From: Octopus vulgaris
Lineage: Eukaryota
Length of the DNA stretch: 64,000 nt
Assembly (NCBI GenBank): GCA_951406725.2
Contig: OX597820.1
Span: 39,990,001-40,054,000, forward strand
Direction of reading: 5' to 3'
Below are positions 31,541-45,423 of the stretch, piece after piece. A program made the translations under genes and the position numbers. Numbering within the stretch: position 1 is the stretch's first letter; every line of letters starts with the position of its first letter. The notes under the pieces are model-generated. The model did not search any database, had not been told where the DNA came from, and was given only the letters and a program-made list of their open reading frames with translations.

Positions 31541-32849
31541 ACACACACACACACACACATAGTCTCTGGATGGTGGCTTTGCTGGGTGGAGGTGCTTATC
31601 TCCCATGTTTGAAAACTTAAGGACACAGAACGCTTGTATCACATAGCCAACTAGAAACGTTGTTTCCTGGGGCTAAATAGCAGTAGCATTCTTCCACATT
31701 AAGATGGTATCAAACCATCTCTCTCTATATATATACCTATAACACTCACCGGTAAAATTTTCACGTATTTACTCATTTGTTTTTCTAAAATTTTCGTTGC
31801 ATCTTGCAACCTTCTCAATAGTTGTTGATTATGTCCGTTATTCGAGCAGCGTCGTTTTTGTTTGTTTGTGCACATGTATGTGGGTCAGTGTGTGTGTGCA
31901 TACACATGTATGTATGTATGCATGTATGTAAGTGTGTGAATGCAAGTATGTATGTGTGTGCATATGTATATATGTATGTCAATGTGTACATTTGTATGTA
32001 TGTATTCTGCATATTCATGTGTTTATGCGCTTGTGTGTTCGTGTTTGTGTGTTTTATCTATATGTGTGTTTGCATACGTGTGTGTATGTGTGTGTACCTC
32101 TGTCTCCTTATGTGTGTATGTCTGAGTGTGTCTCTCTGTGTATGTATGGGTTTTTTTGACTAGGTACTTTGTCTCTATGTATGGATGTGTATCTCCACAT
32201 GTGTGGTCGTGTGTCTCCATTTGTGTTCTTGTGTGAAGCGAAGTGTGTGTGTATATGGTCATATGTTTCGGTCTTAATTTGCGTATGCGTGTGTATGTGT
32301 GCTTGTCTGTTCATATTACCTATGTACCTATCTGTCAGTATATCTATCTGCTTACTTTCATATCCATTTGTCTACATACATATGCATATACATACACACA
32401 CATACATCTACACAACAGCCCACTAACTATTCTACATGTATATGAATATAAACTGTTGGGATAGGGGTATGATTATCTACTACATGATTTTCCTATTTAG
32501 TACTGGGGATATTTCATTTATGAGGACGTACTCCTGTATTTGTCTAAGTGTTGGTCCTTCGAGTGATTAGATAAAATGCGGATGTCAAGTTGACTCAGGT
32601 TGCCTTCATGTAGGTCCTAGAGTATGGAGGACTGTTTTTTTTTGTCATCATATTGTCTCAAATGTTCACTTAATCTTCCGCAATGCTCCTAGATGGCCCC
32701 CTATGTATGTCATGCGCATGTCTTTACAAGCAGCTTCTATGCATCTTATGCTGTAGACTACATTTCTAGTTCTACAGTTTATGTCACGGCTAATCCCACA
32801 TACCATGCAGTTATCATTGGTATATATGGTATTCTCAAAGGGGTACATC

Positions 32850-33085
32850 CTCAACCCAAGGCTACAGGAGGAGACACTTGCTTAAGGTGCCACTGCGTGG
32901 GACTGAATCCGGAACCATGTGATTGTGAAGCAAGCTTCTTACCACACAGCCACGCCGAGTTATTCCAGAAGGGTAAAAGGCAGAGTTGACATCAGCGCCA
33001 TTTGAACTTAGAGTGTAATGAACCGAAAGTAAATGCTATCAGGTGTTTTGCGTAGTTACTTTTGAACTTCTGGTAATTCACTGCC
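32850..33085 (-). mobile_element. Family B SINE followed by a family C fragment
   Basis: gaggagacacttgcttaaggtgccactgcgtgggactgaa...accacacagcc matches 4211-4374. Confidence 0.75.
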
Positions 33086-33731
33086 GTTACTGACATATCA
33101 TTTCAAATTTGAAACATGCTGCCAAAGTAGGGAATCATATTATCCAAGTTAAAAGTATTTATATACCGCTGGCTTCCAATTCTAGTAATTATTCTTACTT
33201 TCATTTATCCAAGACGTATCAATGCGTAAATAAAGAATGCTAAGAGTACTATGAAATGCAAAATTCCTATTAAGAATTGGAAATATGACCTCTTAGAAGT
33301 TAAAGAACAAAATAGTAATTAGAGAATTGAGTGAATCATTGCCACATGAAAACTACATGCAAGCAATAAAACAATTAATTAAACATTAATTCGTATAACA
33401 AAGAATAGTTGCAAGAAAATATAGCAAACACACACACACGCACACAACAGACATACACAGCCACCTTTCCACACGTACGTGTTTATATATTAGTGTCCAT
33501 AAAGACAACTAGATAATTGTGGCTGCGCCTGTGTTACATCACACACATACACTCCCATGCATGCATACATACATTCATATATTGAAGCATACAAACACAC
33601 ACACACACACACATATGTATATAAGTATGCATGCATATGTGTATGTATATATGTGTGCATGAATATATGTATAGATACATACACACATATATACATTTAT
33701 ATATATACATACATACACACACATACGCACT

Positions 33732-33764
<33 letters not shown>

Positions 33765-34057
33765 GTGCGTTTGTGTGTGTGCATGCATTTAATGACTCAA
33801 TATAGAAAATTAGTTGTAAATATGAATTCGATTAAAACTTATAAAAGCATTCATTTAATTTGTACATATTAACATTTTCTTTTAGGTTTAAACAATTTCT
33901 TTAGCTTCGTGAATATATATATATATATATGTATGTGTTTGTGTTTGTTTGTTTCTGTGTGTGTATAAACACTTATATATGTCTATGATTTGCGTTTTCA
34001 ATTCCTTCTACTTTTAAACACATATACATATATATATATATACATATATATATATAC

Positions 34058-34090
<33 letters not shown>

Positions 34091-34091
34091 C

Positions 34092-34143
<52 letters not shown>

Positions 34144-34643
34144 ATATATATATATATAGAGAGAGAGGGGGGATAGAGAGATAGATATATTTGTAGATAT
34201 ATATATGTTCTGTTTTTTTTTTTGCTTGTGTGTGTATATGTGTGTGTGTGTTTGTGTGCGCATGTGTGCCACTGATTATATTGTTACTTATTTTTTGAAA
34301 TGACAACACATAAATATCAACAAATTATTCTTATTTAATTTGATCATTTTTGTTTACTTTGAAAAGTTTAGTCAAATATCAAATACCATAATTCATTGCT
34401 AAAATAGAAACTCAGAATTGACCTTTTTAAACTGCATATCTATAAACTCTTGAAAACTAAACTTTAGAAACGTACGTTTTCTCGTTTCCTAATATTTGAG
34501 TGCTTGAATCACTGACTAGACATTTAACGGTAAAATAATTCGCGATTCTTTTGGAACTAGTGGGTTGAGTTGAGAAGGAGAAGAACGAAAAGTGCGTGTC
34601 GAGTTCCATATACAAAATATTTATGTATCGTTAACAAAACATA

Positions 34644-34778
34644 GGCTTGGCTGTATGGTAAGAATACGTTTTCCAACTGCATGGTTCAGCATTTAACCCC
34701 ACTGCGTCGTAGAGTGGGCTACTGTCTCCTACTATAGCTACGGGCCGACTAAAGCCTTCTGAAAGAAACCTGTCGCAT
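34644..34778 (+). mobile_element. Family B SINE (degenerate)
   Basis: tggctgtatggtaag...ccactgcgt...actatagc..cgggccgac.aaagcc..gaaagaa.cctgtcg. Confidence 0.7.
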
Positions 34779-34829
34779 GTATGTATGTATTTGATATTTT
34801 TGAACTAATGGTTATATGTTGATTAGTAT

Positions 34830-35142
34830 GTTGAAATGTTGAGTAGAGGGACATTTTGGGCTGGAATCTTTGGTAATTGTGTGTTCTGTTGTTTTTTATG
34901 TTTTGTTGTAGTGCAAGTGGGATGGAGAGGGTTGTTTCCTTCCTCTCCTGGAGTATATCTCCCCCCATTCGCCTTTGGCACCTTCCATTTCCTCTTCCTC
35001 TGTGACATTTTTACATGTTTCCTCGATTGGTTTTTCATGTTTTCTTTTCCCTTCGTTTTTCAATAAGTGGGGGAATCGCTGCTTTTACGTGTGGAGGTTG
35101 GCACTCGGACCTAATGTAGCCTTTTTGTCCACATTCGTAGCA
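34830..35142 (-). pseudogene. Retroelement ORF1/Gag-like fragment with a CCHC-type zinc knuckle
   Basis: CYECGQKGYIRSEC at 35142-35101 fits CX2CX4HX4C with an H>Y change; a Lys/Arg-rich stretch follows. Confidence 0.6.
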
Positions 35143-36353
35143 TGTTTCAGCCGCAGTGAGCTTCCAGGATTTGCGCACTGTAGGAGAAATCTTGCCATCA
35201 TTCAAAGTAACATGCCTAAGATATGGCATTCTCTCAAACGACGACACACTGGAGCATTCTTTACTAAAATTTGCTTCATGTAGGACGCCCTTACAGTTGC
35301 ATGTTATGTTAGCTGCCATGTGCACGTATATGAAGCCTGCAAATGCTTTTCACCTGTGGACCACTCACAAATAATCCATGATTGATGATTTCTTGCACCA
35401 AGGTTTTAATACAGAACGCGCAGAAAACATGGCACTGCACTCAATTGATGCAATTCTGATAGAGAATGGCATTAATTGTTTAGCAATTGGGTTGCCTGAA
35501 CCTATTGGAGTACAGCAGCTTGAGTATCATGAAGGCCTCGAATACCTAGGCATTGATACACTTACTGATAAACAGAGAGTGATTGATAATGCTGTGCTTG
35601 AATCTGTAGATAAGAAGAGGAGAGGTGATATACCCAACCACTCCTGTTTCTATGTAGATGCACCAGGAGGTTGTGGTAAAACTTAGATGTTTAATATTGT
35701 AATTTCTTATCTGCGAAGGGACAACTGCAACGTGTGCAGTGGTGCTTGGACAGGCATTGCCTTTGCACTACTGTCAGGTGGAAACACTATCCATAGTTTG
35801 TTCAAGCTGCCTGTCCCACTCACGGAGGCCAGTGTTTGTAATGTACCAGCCACTTCAGACCATGCAAATCATTTACGAAACCTGGATCTGATCATCTTGG
35901 ATGATGCTTCTATGATCCCTTCATTTGCTGTTCATGCTATTGATAAAGCCTTGTGAAATATCACTGGCATTGCTGCTGTTTTTTGTGGTAAAGTGGTTCT
36001 TTTGTGGAGAGACTTTAGGAAAGTCTTACCCATATTGCTAAGAGAAATAAGTGAGGCAGTTATTGAAATCTGTATTAAAAATTCGCCTCTATGGTTGAAT
36101 TTCATCCAATAGATTCAGCTAAATCATCAGGACGACAGCAGACCAAAAGGAATTTGCAGCATGGTTCTTGCAACTTGGCAATGGAACACATGCAGCCTCA
36201 CAAGATCCTAATCTTGCTGTTGATGTCATAGAACTGCCTCAAATTTCATAAGTTGACGGCTCGCTAGTGGATCATATCTCCAACAATACATCTGAGGAAG
36301 AAAGAAGAAGCAGAGTAATTCTTTTGCCAAAGAACTCAGAGTGCCTCCTGCTC
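35141..36353 (+). mobile_element. Decayed Helitron Rep-helicase fragment (PIF1-family helicase)
   Basis: One frame broken by stops: HVSAAVSFQDLRTV (Helitron pre-helicase motif), FYVDAPGGCGKT (Walker A), AWTGIAFALLSGGNTIHSLFKLP, LIILDDASM (Walker B), FCGKVVLLWRDFRKVLP (motif III), IKNSPLW; frameshifts after about 36110. Confidence 0.93.
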
Positions 36354-36364
36354 AATATATACTT

Positions 36365-36596
36365 ATTTCTTTATTGGCAAAAGGGTTCTAAACATAGGGG
36401 GGACAAACAAAGACAGACAAAGGGATTGAATCGATTATATCGACTCCAGTGCGTAACTGGTACTTATTTAATCGATCCCGATAGGTTGAAAGGTAAAGTC
36501 GACCTCGGAAGAATTTGAACTCGGAACGTAACGGCAGACGAAATACTGCTAAGCATTTCGCCCGGCGTGCTAACGATTCTGCCAGCTCACCGCCCT
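36365..36596 (-). mobile_element. tRNA-derived SINE (family C), near full length
   Basis: Minus strand ggcggtgagctggcagaatcgttag... with B-box-like gagttcaaat; related fragments at 9.4-10.3, 28.9, 33.0 and 50.4-50.7 kb. Confidence 0.85.
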
Positions 36597-36802
36597 AGAA
36601 GAAATATATATTGGCGTAACCATGGTGTACTGGTGATTTGAAAAGCTAGCCGTCTATATCTGCTTTGATTTGTGATTATATAATTGTATTGTGTATGCCT
36701 ATTGGAGCAGAAATGTAAAATAGTTTATTATACTGTGTAATTATTATTATATAAAGGCTGCGAAACCGCAGTAATCATACTGATATCAAGTGGTTAGATA
36801 AA

Positions 36803-37768
36803 TATCAGGCTGAGTAAAAAGTAAGCAACGTTTGAAACAATGAAATTCATCACAATATATTCCAAGAATGCGGAAATATCATTCGTCAAAGTACGTACCA
36901 TTACAATCAACATATTTCCCCAACGTGTTACAAGTTTGTTTATTCGGGTAACACAAAAATCTGGAGTTCTGGAGCTTATAGACTCTTTGAACACATTTTC
37001 ACTATCGGTTTGATTTTTGAACTCCTTCTCTTGCAGGAAACCATCAAAGTGCTTGAAAAAGTGGTAGTTTGAAGAAAGGTCTGGGGAATAAGCTGGGTAG
37101 GGAAGAACTTCGTAGCCAAGTTTCCTCAACTTTTGGAGAGTCATTAATGAAACGTGTGGTCAAGCATTGTCATGAAGATTGATTGGCCCTTTTCTGTTGA
37201 CCAGTCTGGGACGGATGAGTAGCAGTTTTTCATTCATTTGTGGAATTTTATGGCAATATGTTTCTGCAGTAATTGGTTTTCCGTGTTTTGAAGAGCTCGG
37301 GTTTAGGAAAAGTTTTCGGTGCTTCATTTTGGCCTAACCACTGCAAAGAACAATTTTTATTATTGTACAGAATCCACTTTTCATCACAAGTTAAACTACA
37401 GTCGAGAAATGGATCAGTAAGATTACGGGAAGAAGCGACGGGCAAATTTCATATCTCAGCATTTTCTGATTTTCATTCAAATCGTGTGGTACACATCTGT
37501 CGAGCATTTTTGATTTTCCGATCGCATGCGAATGGTTTCGGCAGTTTTCTGGCTAACTTGAATTTCTTAAGTCAGTTCTCGGGTGGTTTTACGTGGATCT
37601 TTCTCAATGATAGTCTTTAATTGACCGTCATCGATGCCAGATTGGCGTCCACTACGCTCACGATCTTCAAAGCTCAGGTCTCCACTGCGAAATCGTTTAA
37701 ATCATATTTGAGCTGACCACTTACATGTCATTTCCTCACCAGGCGTTTCGTTGAAATTTTCCCGCGCG
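36803..37768 (-). mobile_element. Decayed mariner (DD34D) transposon, 5'-truncated and internally deleted, 3' TIR retained
   Basis: FKRFRSGDLSFEDRERSGR (HTH region), CVPHDL, LTCDEKWILYNN, HDNA, YPAYSPDLSSNYHFF, RW..YVDCNGTYF; TA-TCAGGCTGAGTAAAAAGTAAGCAACG TIR at 36803-36830. Confidence 0.93.
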
Positions 37769-38234
37769 CACGTACACACACGAAAATATGGAGGCACAGT
37801 AAAATGAGACATCCAACTAAAATCGGGCTGAGAAACGGATTTCACAATGCAGACCGTTATCCAGTATAGTAAGACGCGGAGCACAACACTTAGGATAAGC
37901 TAGAATGTATTTCTACGAGCCAAATAATATAACAATATAAGAAGAAAAAGGTGTGGTATGCAAAGATTTATAGGACGGGGACACGTTTCAAGACTAGATC
38001 GAAATAGGAAACACACATGTACTGATATGTAAATACATGTTCCAAATACAGATAACCTTATTTCGTTCGTTCGTTCACTCTTTCCTTCTTTCCTTCCTTC
38101 CTTTCTTCCGTCCTTCCTTCCCTCCCTTCTACTTTCCTTTCTTCCTTCTGGATTTCTCGAACCAGAACTGAGACGAGTCTTGTCCACATCCGAACACAGT
38201 TACTGCTTTGTCTTAAAGAGATATGAGACAGAAT

Positions 38235-38382
38235 GAGGAAGAAGAGGAACGCAGAAGGAGGAAGGAGAGAAGTAGAAGAGGAAGAAGGAGGAGGAGGTGG
38301 TGCTTGTAAGAAGAGGAGGAGGAGAAGAAGAGGAAGAAGAAGAAGAAGAAAAAGAAGAAGGAGAGAAGAAGAAGATTAAGAT

Positions 38383-38413
<31 letters not shown>

Positions 38414-38460
38414 AAGAAGAAGAAGAAGGAGAAGAAGAAGAAGAAGAAAGGAGAAGAATT
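38235..38460. repeat. (GAA)/(GAG) purine-rich microsatellite
   Basis: Read directly. Similar tracts at about 30515-30715 and 50880-51065. Confidence 0.92.
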
Positions 38461-38655
38461 GAACCACGCATAGCCATGCAAAAATATGAACACCCGATCA
38501 CACTAAAGCACACATATCCAGATGTATGAACACATGTTCACTCACTACCGAATGCTCATACACAAATGTGCACTAAACACACATATTTATTGATATTTAT
38601 TAATACATGTTCACAGACTAAGCACATAATTATACAGATGTTCATACACTAAAAT

Positions 38656-39007
38656 GGATGGATGGAAGCACTCCGTCGGTTAGGACGATGAGGGTTCCGG
38701 TTGATCCGGATCAACGGAACAGCCTGCTCGTGAAATTAACGTGTAGTTCTCGGGGATATTCAGCGTGACACAGAGAGTTACAAGGCCAGCCCTTTGAAAT
38801 ACAGGTACAACAGAAACAGGAAGTAAGAGTGAGAGAAAGTTGTGGTGAAAGAGTACAGCAGGGATCACCACCATCCCCTGTCGGAGCCTCGTGGAGCTTT
38901 TAAGGTGTTTTCGCTCAATAAACACTCACAACGCCCGGTCTGGGAATCGAAACCACGATCCTATGACCGCGAGTCCGCTGCCCTAACCACTGGGCCATTG
39001 CGCCTCC
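38656..39007 (-). mobile_element. tRNA-derived SINE (family A, tail type 1), both ends intact, with TSD
   Basis: Minus head GGAGGCGCAATGGCCCAGTGGTTAGGGCAGCGGACTCGCGGTCATAGGATCGTGGTTTCGATTCCC with A and B boxes; (TCCA)n tail; flanking direct repeat acactaaaat (38646-38655 and 39008-39017). Confidence 0.95.
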
Positions 39008-39831
39008 ACACTAAAATACATATGCACACATACGTAAACACTTTCATACGCATAACACATATAATTAGTGAAATAAATGTAACACATCAAACACCTGTAT
39101 AGGCATGGAGACACGTTTACACATTATGCACTCGTAAACATATACGTGAACGCACATCAGGTAAACACATTAACACACTACAAGCGAGCCAATACAGTTA
39201 CGCAAACATGTTCACGTATTAAACACACATATGCATATATAAAGCTGGTCGATTTAAATGCAGATATGAATGATGGAAGCTACACATTTTAATATCCTAT
39301 ATGCGTTTGTCATCCTTATAGATTGAATATGCACACACATGCATACATACACTCAAACACATCCATGTACACAAACGAACGCACACAAAGACCGATACAC
39401 CCCACACGAACACACATTGACAAGCAAGTACAGATGAGCATACGTAAATAGTTACATACACAGAATAGAGGTACAAACGAACACGCCAATACATAATGGC
39501 AGAAGAATATTCGATGCATATATTCGATTTTATACGTACATATGCATGTATGTACGAGTGTATGTATGTATGTATACATGTATGCATGTATGTATGTATA
39601 TATGCAATTACGTATGCATGTATATGTATGTGTGTGAATATACGTAATTATGTATGCATTCATGTATATGTAGGCATATATGTATGTATATATGCATATA
39701 TATATATACACACTATATATATACACACACAAACATGCATATACAGGCATGCATATACAATATATGTATATATATATACATTCGAACAGATGCGTACAGC
39801 TCCACCATGTCTTCCTTTATGCATCTGTCTG

Positions 39832-39866
<35 letters not shown>

Positions 39867-39867
39867 G

Positions 39868-39916
<49 letters not shown>

Positions 39917-39917
39917 A

Positions 39918-40010
<93 letters not shown>

Positions 40011-40011
40011 G

Positions 40012-40046
<35 letters not shown>

Positions 40047-40051
40047 GTCTG

Positions 40052-40092
<41 letters not shown>

Positions 40093-40915
40093 ACACACGC
40101 GTGTCGTTTATTTAAGTCATTGATGCTTCCACACATATAAAAGCTACATCGACAGACCGACAGGCATAGCAACGCTCTCACTTCGATAATAAAATGTATG
40201 TATGCAACCTGTTGTAAGTATTGACCAATCGCTATTTGAACCATTTTAGGCTTCAACCACACTTCATCCCCTACTGATTCCAACATACTGCTCCTGAATA
40301 TATTCATCTAACACCAACAACACTCGCGCGCGCTCGTCTCTCTGCATGCTTACTATCGCCACAGCCATCGCTTCATCACCCTTATATCATTACTAGTTTC
40401 GCCAGCATACCGACAAACTTAAATAGATCATCCCCATCGTCAACCTCATCTCTTTATCGCGACTACATCGCTCCTAGATCAACGACATCCACTTGATCAA
40501 CCTTATTGTGAACCCCCTTCTTTTGCTAACACCGCTTACATCGACTCCGCCATGGATACTGCACCAACACCACCACCACCATCACAGAATGTATTACTCT
40601 TTCGACACTCCCATCTGCTGATCATCAGTATATCAATCCATTACCACTCCTATAACCACCACTACTAACAACAATATCAAGAACAACAACACCAACCATG
40701 CGACCACTGCTACCGCTATCCGAGCAGCATCTTCAATCCCATACACACTCATTACCCCTACATCACTCCGTCACTCCATCTCTCCATCTCTCCATCACAC
40801 CACCGGTCCGTCACTTCAGTATTCAAGCACTCCGGCACCTTTTTCCTCCCCACTCGCGCCCATCTCCTTCATCATATCCCCTCCTTTACATCGCTGCCAT
40901 CACGCCATCTGTCCC

Positions 40916-40950
<35 letters not shown>

Positions 40951-41253
40951 CACTAAACTCCTCACCTTCTCCACTACACCGCCTTCCCATCTTTCAACAT
41001 CTCTCGCTGCCTCCAACATCACCGAAATCGATGACTTGCCTGCTCCGTTGACAACAGCGCATTCGTCTATGCAAGCAAGGTCTAACCGCTTAATGGTGTG
41101 GTCTTGTCACATGAGAAGATTTGCCGCCTGCCAACAGAATTAATCATACGTGATAGACTAGAGGAAGCTGATATAATGCAAGCGGTGCTGAAACGGTGGC
41201 GAATGGATTTTGTGACAAGCGAGATTTTCGCTAACTGGATATTTAGTACTATT

Positions 41254-41270
41254 GACGCTAGAGGGCGCTC
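41254..41270 (+). promoter_or_regulatory. CTCF-like motif
   Basis: gacgctagagggcgctc resembles the CTCF core consensus (..CYAGRKGGCRS) and lies in a non-repetitive island. Motif match only. Confidence 0.3.
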
Positions 41271-43263
41271 TGAGGCAGCAGGATGCTTGAAAGGACGTGT
41301 TTAGCTTTTGGCGCTGCAACTAGCTTGTGGTGGTGATGGTGGTGATGGTGGTGATGGTGGTACTGGTAGCGAAATGTAGTGATGTATAGCTGTGATGTGG
41401 AGGGGAAATTTTGAAGATATGATTGATATTTATTATGGTGGTAGCGGAGCCGTGATTGTTGTTGGTGGTGATGGTTGACTCTAATGGTAGTACTCTTTGT
41501 GATAATGGTGTGTTCAGAGATGATAATGATGATAACTTTGGTATGGAGGTCCAATTGTATTAGTAGTAATAATAATAGACATGGCTTCTTCTGTAAAAGT
41601 GTTTGAAGGTTGTAATCGCTGTTTTTCAACGCTGGTCATCTATGACGAAATAGACCTACTATCAAAGGCGTTCCATTCATGACCATCCAATATATTTCCT
41701 TGGCTGGTATATCTGGAAATATAATGAATGGTTTCTCGAATAGTGTAGGGTAAATTGGCTGCCATTTCTAGCTGGTTGAGTGACAAGGAGACGCTCTCTA
41801 AGTTGACTTGTTGGTAAGGGTGTGTATTGGCGGTGCGAGGATTTGTTGTTGCTGTTGTTCTTGTCGGTGGTGGTATTGGTGGTGGTGGTGGTGGTGGTGG
41901 TATTGATTCTGGTGTTGGAAATGATAGTACTTCTGGTGCTGCTGATGTTAGGGTCTAAGCAATGATAGCACTATTGGTAGTATTAGTTGCATTGCTGTTG
42001 TTGTTGTTGTTGGTGGTGGTGTTGGTGTTAGTAGAGCCAGGATTGGCAGCGGTGTTACAGTTGGAAGCGATAGTAACAGTGGTGGTGGCGGTGGCAATAG
42101 TGGAGGTGTGCTGTGATGTTAATGCAACTTTCGTGTATGGCGAAGGCGGCGTTTGAGTAGTGGCGATGGGAAATATAAGGGGCTGGCTTAAAGCCGTCTG
42201 TTGTTGACTCATAGTGGGAACGAAAGCTCTGTACTGATTATGAAAGTAAATATCAGTAAGTTCAAATTGCACTAAGTGATGTATTGATTTTTCTCCCTTC
42301 CTCCCCATTTCTCCCTCTTTCCTTCTCTCCCTCTCATTCTCTCTGTCCCTCTCCTTTATATACACACGTATACACACATGCAGACACATATACATCTATA
42401 TCCATTACCTCTCTGCTTATATATATATATATATATAGCTGATACTGTATTACACTGTCCGTCTATCACGTTCTTTCATTCTCTCGCATAGTCACCCTCT
42501 CTCTCTCTCTCTCTCTCTCTCGAATACTTTCCCTTTTTCACTCATATTTGCTTGGTTTGTTCATCCTTTATGTCATTTAAAACCCCACCTTCTTGTTCCT
42601 GTTTGTTATTTTTAAGCTTTTCTCGCTATTGTTGTTTGTAACCTTTTCACACCAACCTATTCCCGAAGCAAATATAAATCAACACTACTCTCCCTACAAC
42701 CACCACCACCACCACCATCAATGGCATCACAGTCACCATTCCAATCATAACCACCACCACCACCACCACCATCATCATTGCCATTGTCGCCGTCGTCCTC
42801 ATCTCCATCATCATCGTCATCATCGGCATCACCATCATCATAGTATCAACAAACATCTCTATGAACAGCATGTGGCCGTGTTAAGCACTTACTCTATAAC
42901 TTATCATACTCAACAAAAATCAAAGGTCTCTCACTTCTAATACGATCATTGCCAGAATCACCGTATACAAGAATAACAACGAAGGAGTCTTTACTATTCT
43001 CAAAATGTCTGCTACACTAGAGCACAAAAACTCCGGTAAACTACACTGTTTCTAAAACCAAAATAAGGATAGCCATTATTGGAACGCTTTAAACAGATGC
43101 CTGGTAAACCAAAGCTGACTCTGGGCTAAACAATAGCAATAGCCGTAATGATAATACCAATAAAAGAATGACACAATCTATCTATCTATCTATTTGGGTT
43201 TTTTTTCTGTTTGTCTGTTCCTATTCCTCTTTCTCTCTTTCTCTCTCTTCCTCGCTCTCTCTA

Positions 43264-43332
<69 letters not shown>

Positions 43333-44001
43333 TCACACTCGACCCAATGACAAAATTCAATAGGGACCTTCTACGTAGTCATTCGACCTGCTAAGAATAA
43401 TTACCAAATTCCCCTCAATCTTAAAACGAAAATAAGGAAGATGGTTTGTACAGCTGTTTCTTGGCTACAGCGTTTCCGAGTTCAAGCCGCAGTGGTCACG
43501 AGTGTAATGTTTTATATCCTTAGTTACCTAGATATGAGAAGAACTTCGGCAATGCAAAAATAGCAACAGCGTTAACAACATGAACAGCAACAACATAACT
43601 CTTCAAGACTCATCGCAATCTAGTGATAACAGACTTAACATTATTTGAACCCATCAAATCGTGACATTCTGAAATAATGCTAGAAATAGCAACCAAAGTC
43701 TGCCGCAATAAACATTATTATTTCTGTCATCCGTATTGATATATCGGGTAATTCTGTCTTAAATACACTAGTAGTGTATCTAGGCGTAATGTTACACTAC
43801 GCTTTGGAGTCTAAAATTAAGAAAAAACTCATAAACATATATCTGTGATCACAGATCTGCTCGATTATGATTGAGCTGGCATTAAAAGAAAAACATACAC
43901 AGGGCTCGACTTATATGAAGTCACTCACATGCTAACATTTGAAAATTGCCTCATATATATCAATGCTTTAGCCTTTTTAGATGATGCCACCCCGCTGGCT
44001 A

Positions 44002-44080
44002 AGCGGGCAGGTCATATACATATCAATGTATAAAGTGATAAGCGGGAAGGCCATATATATATCAATGTATAAAGTGATAA
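44002..44080. repeat. 40-bp tandem duplication next to a family A type-2 tail fragment (about 43960-44012)
   Basis: gcggg.agg.catata.atatcaatgtataaagtgataa occurs twice. Confidence 0.85.
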
Positions 44081-45399
44081 AGAGATTCCTGCTTGCCGTC
44101 GGTACACTAATCGCGAGCGCATAGAATTCTGAGAGTGCCGGTAGAACTATCTACGATATCATACAACCCGCATCTCATGTAATGCATCTTAGAGAGGGTG
44201 AGTAATAACTGAGGTTTAGAGGCTTATGCCGGGTTCTGATCCACAACTTAACTTGGAGCTCAACTTGGAAAACTTTCTTTGGGGCCATCTAAGAGTATTT
44301 GGAAACTGATGGAGAGGGGAGGGTTGCTTTTAGTGAGTTTACTGAACTGTAGGTGAGACATGAGAAGCTACCTTGCGTGAACGGTCGTTATCCCAGTTAG
44401 CGTTTGTAAGCCAGAGTTCAACACTGGAAGTCAGGTAGTACTTAGTAGTAGTTGCCAAAGCAATGATCTTGGAGAAGTGAGATTTCTATACTAGTCATAG
44501 TTGTTTATCCTGCTAGAAACTATTATTTCCTAGATTTTGTTTCCCTCGCCTGCATTTTCATATGTGTTTCTTAATAACCACCACCAACAATGCTATATAT
44601 TTTGTCGTAAAGTCTCCGCAATCTGCTCTTTTGTAAAGGAATAAAACAATTTATTGTTGTAGTTCCTCCTTCTCCGCAAAACTCTTTTTCACTTCAGAAG
44701 GTTGTGAAACTTCTTTGAAGGCCGAAAACAATGTTCTTGCTTTATTTTTCATATTTAGTAGCTATAAGTGTTTGTCTTTCGTTATCCATAGTATATTTTT
44801 TTTAAAAATTCCAGAGTGGATATCATACAGTTTTATAGATGCTATATTAATGGTAAAAATAATTTACTATGTCAGATTTCGAGTGTTGTATTTTAAATTT
44901 TGTCATTATTGTTCTTTTTATCCGTGTTGCTATTTATCATTTATAATCTTCTATTCCGACAGCTAATAATACTAGAGTAATAACACTACATACATTTAGC
45001 AGTTTTTGTATTAATACAAAGCATCTATTTTATCCGTTTCTAACCTTTCCTTTTATTTACGAATGTTGTATTCTGTATAATTCAACTATTCCACATTATT
45101 CTTACGCCTGGGTTTATATTTTAACATCGCTGTTCCCTTACGTACTCCAATATAAAATCTCTTAATTTTGTTCACTTCCTTTAATTCATTTTTTGTTTAA
45201 TCCGACAGATTTCCTTATCGATTCCTGCATTCCTGTAAGCATCTGTATTGTCCGCAGCAGATTCCTGTAAATTTTAAATTGTTTCGCAGCGTAAGACTTC
45301 TGGTGATCCGTATGCAAAAGATGGTCGATTGCCTTAGAGCAAATTCGTCTATGTTCAGTTTGACTGAATATGTTGCTTTAATTTGCTATTGTCCAACAG

Positions 45400-45423
45400 A
45401 AAAAAGTATAAAGACGAATACAT
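45400..45423 (+). CDS. Candidate 24-nt micro-exon (xKKYKDEY in phase 2-2)
   Basis: ttgctattgtccaacag|AAAAAAGTATAAAGACGAATACAT|gtaagta: good acceptor, consensus donor, length divisible by 3. Confidence 0.35.

Noticed and set aside
35378-35956. Host PIF1 helicase gene
   Set aside because: In-frame stops, frameshifts, no introns and the upstream SFxDLRTV motif indicate a decayed Helitron.
36794-37445. SETMAR-like domesticated gene
   Set aside because: Multiple stops, frameshifts, an internal deletion, a retained TIR and no SET domain.
38930-39007. tRNA gene (also 49540-49616 and 28750-28826)
   Set aside because: A and B boxes are present, but I could not form a complete cloverleaf with acceptor stem, and the sequence continues into a SINE body (TSDs at the 38.9 and 49.5 kb copies); these are SINE heads.
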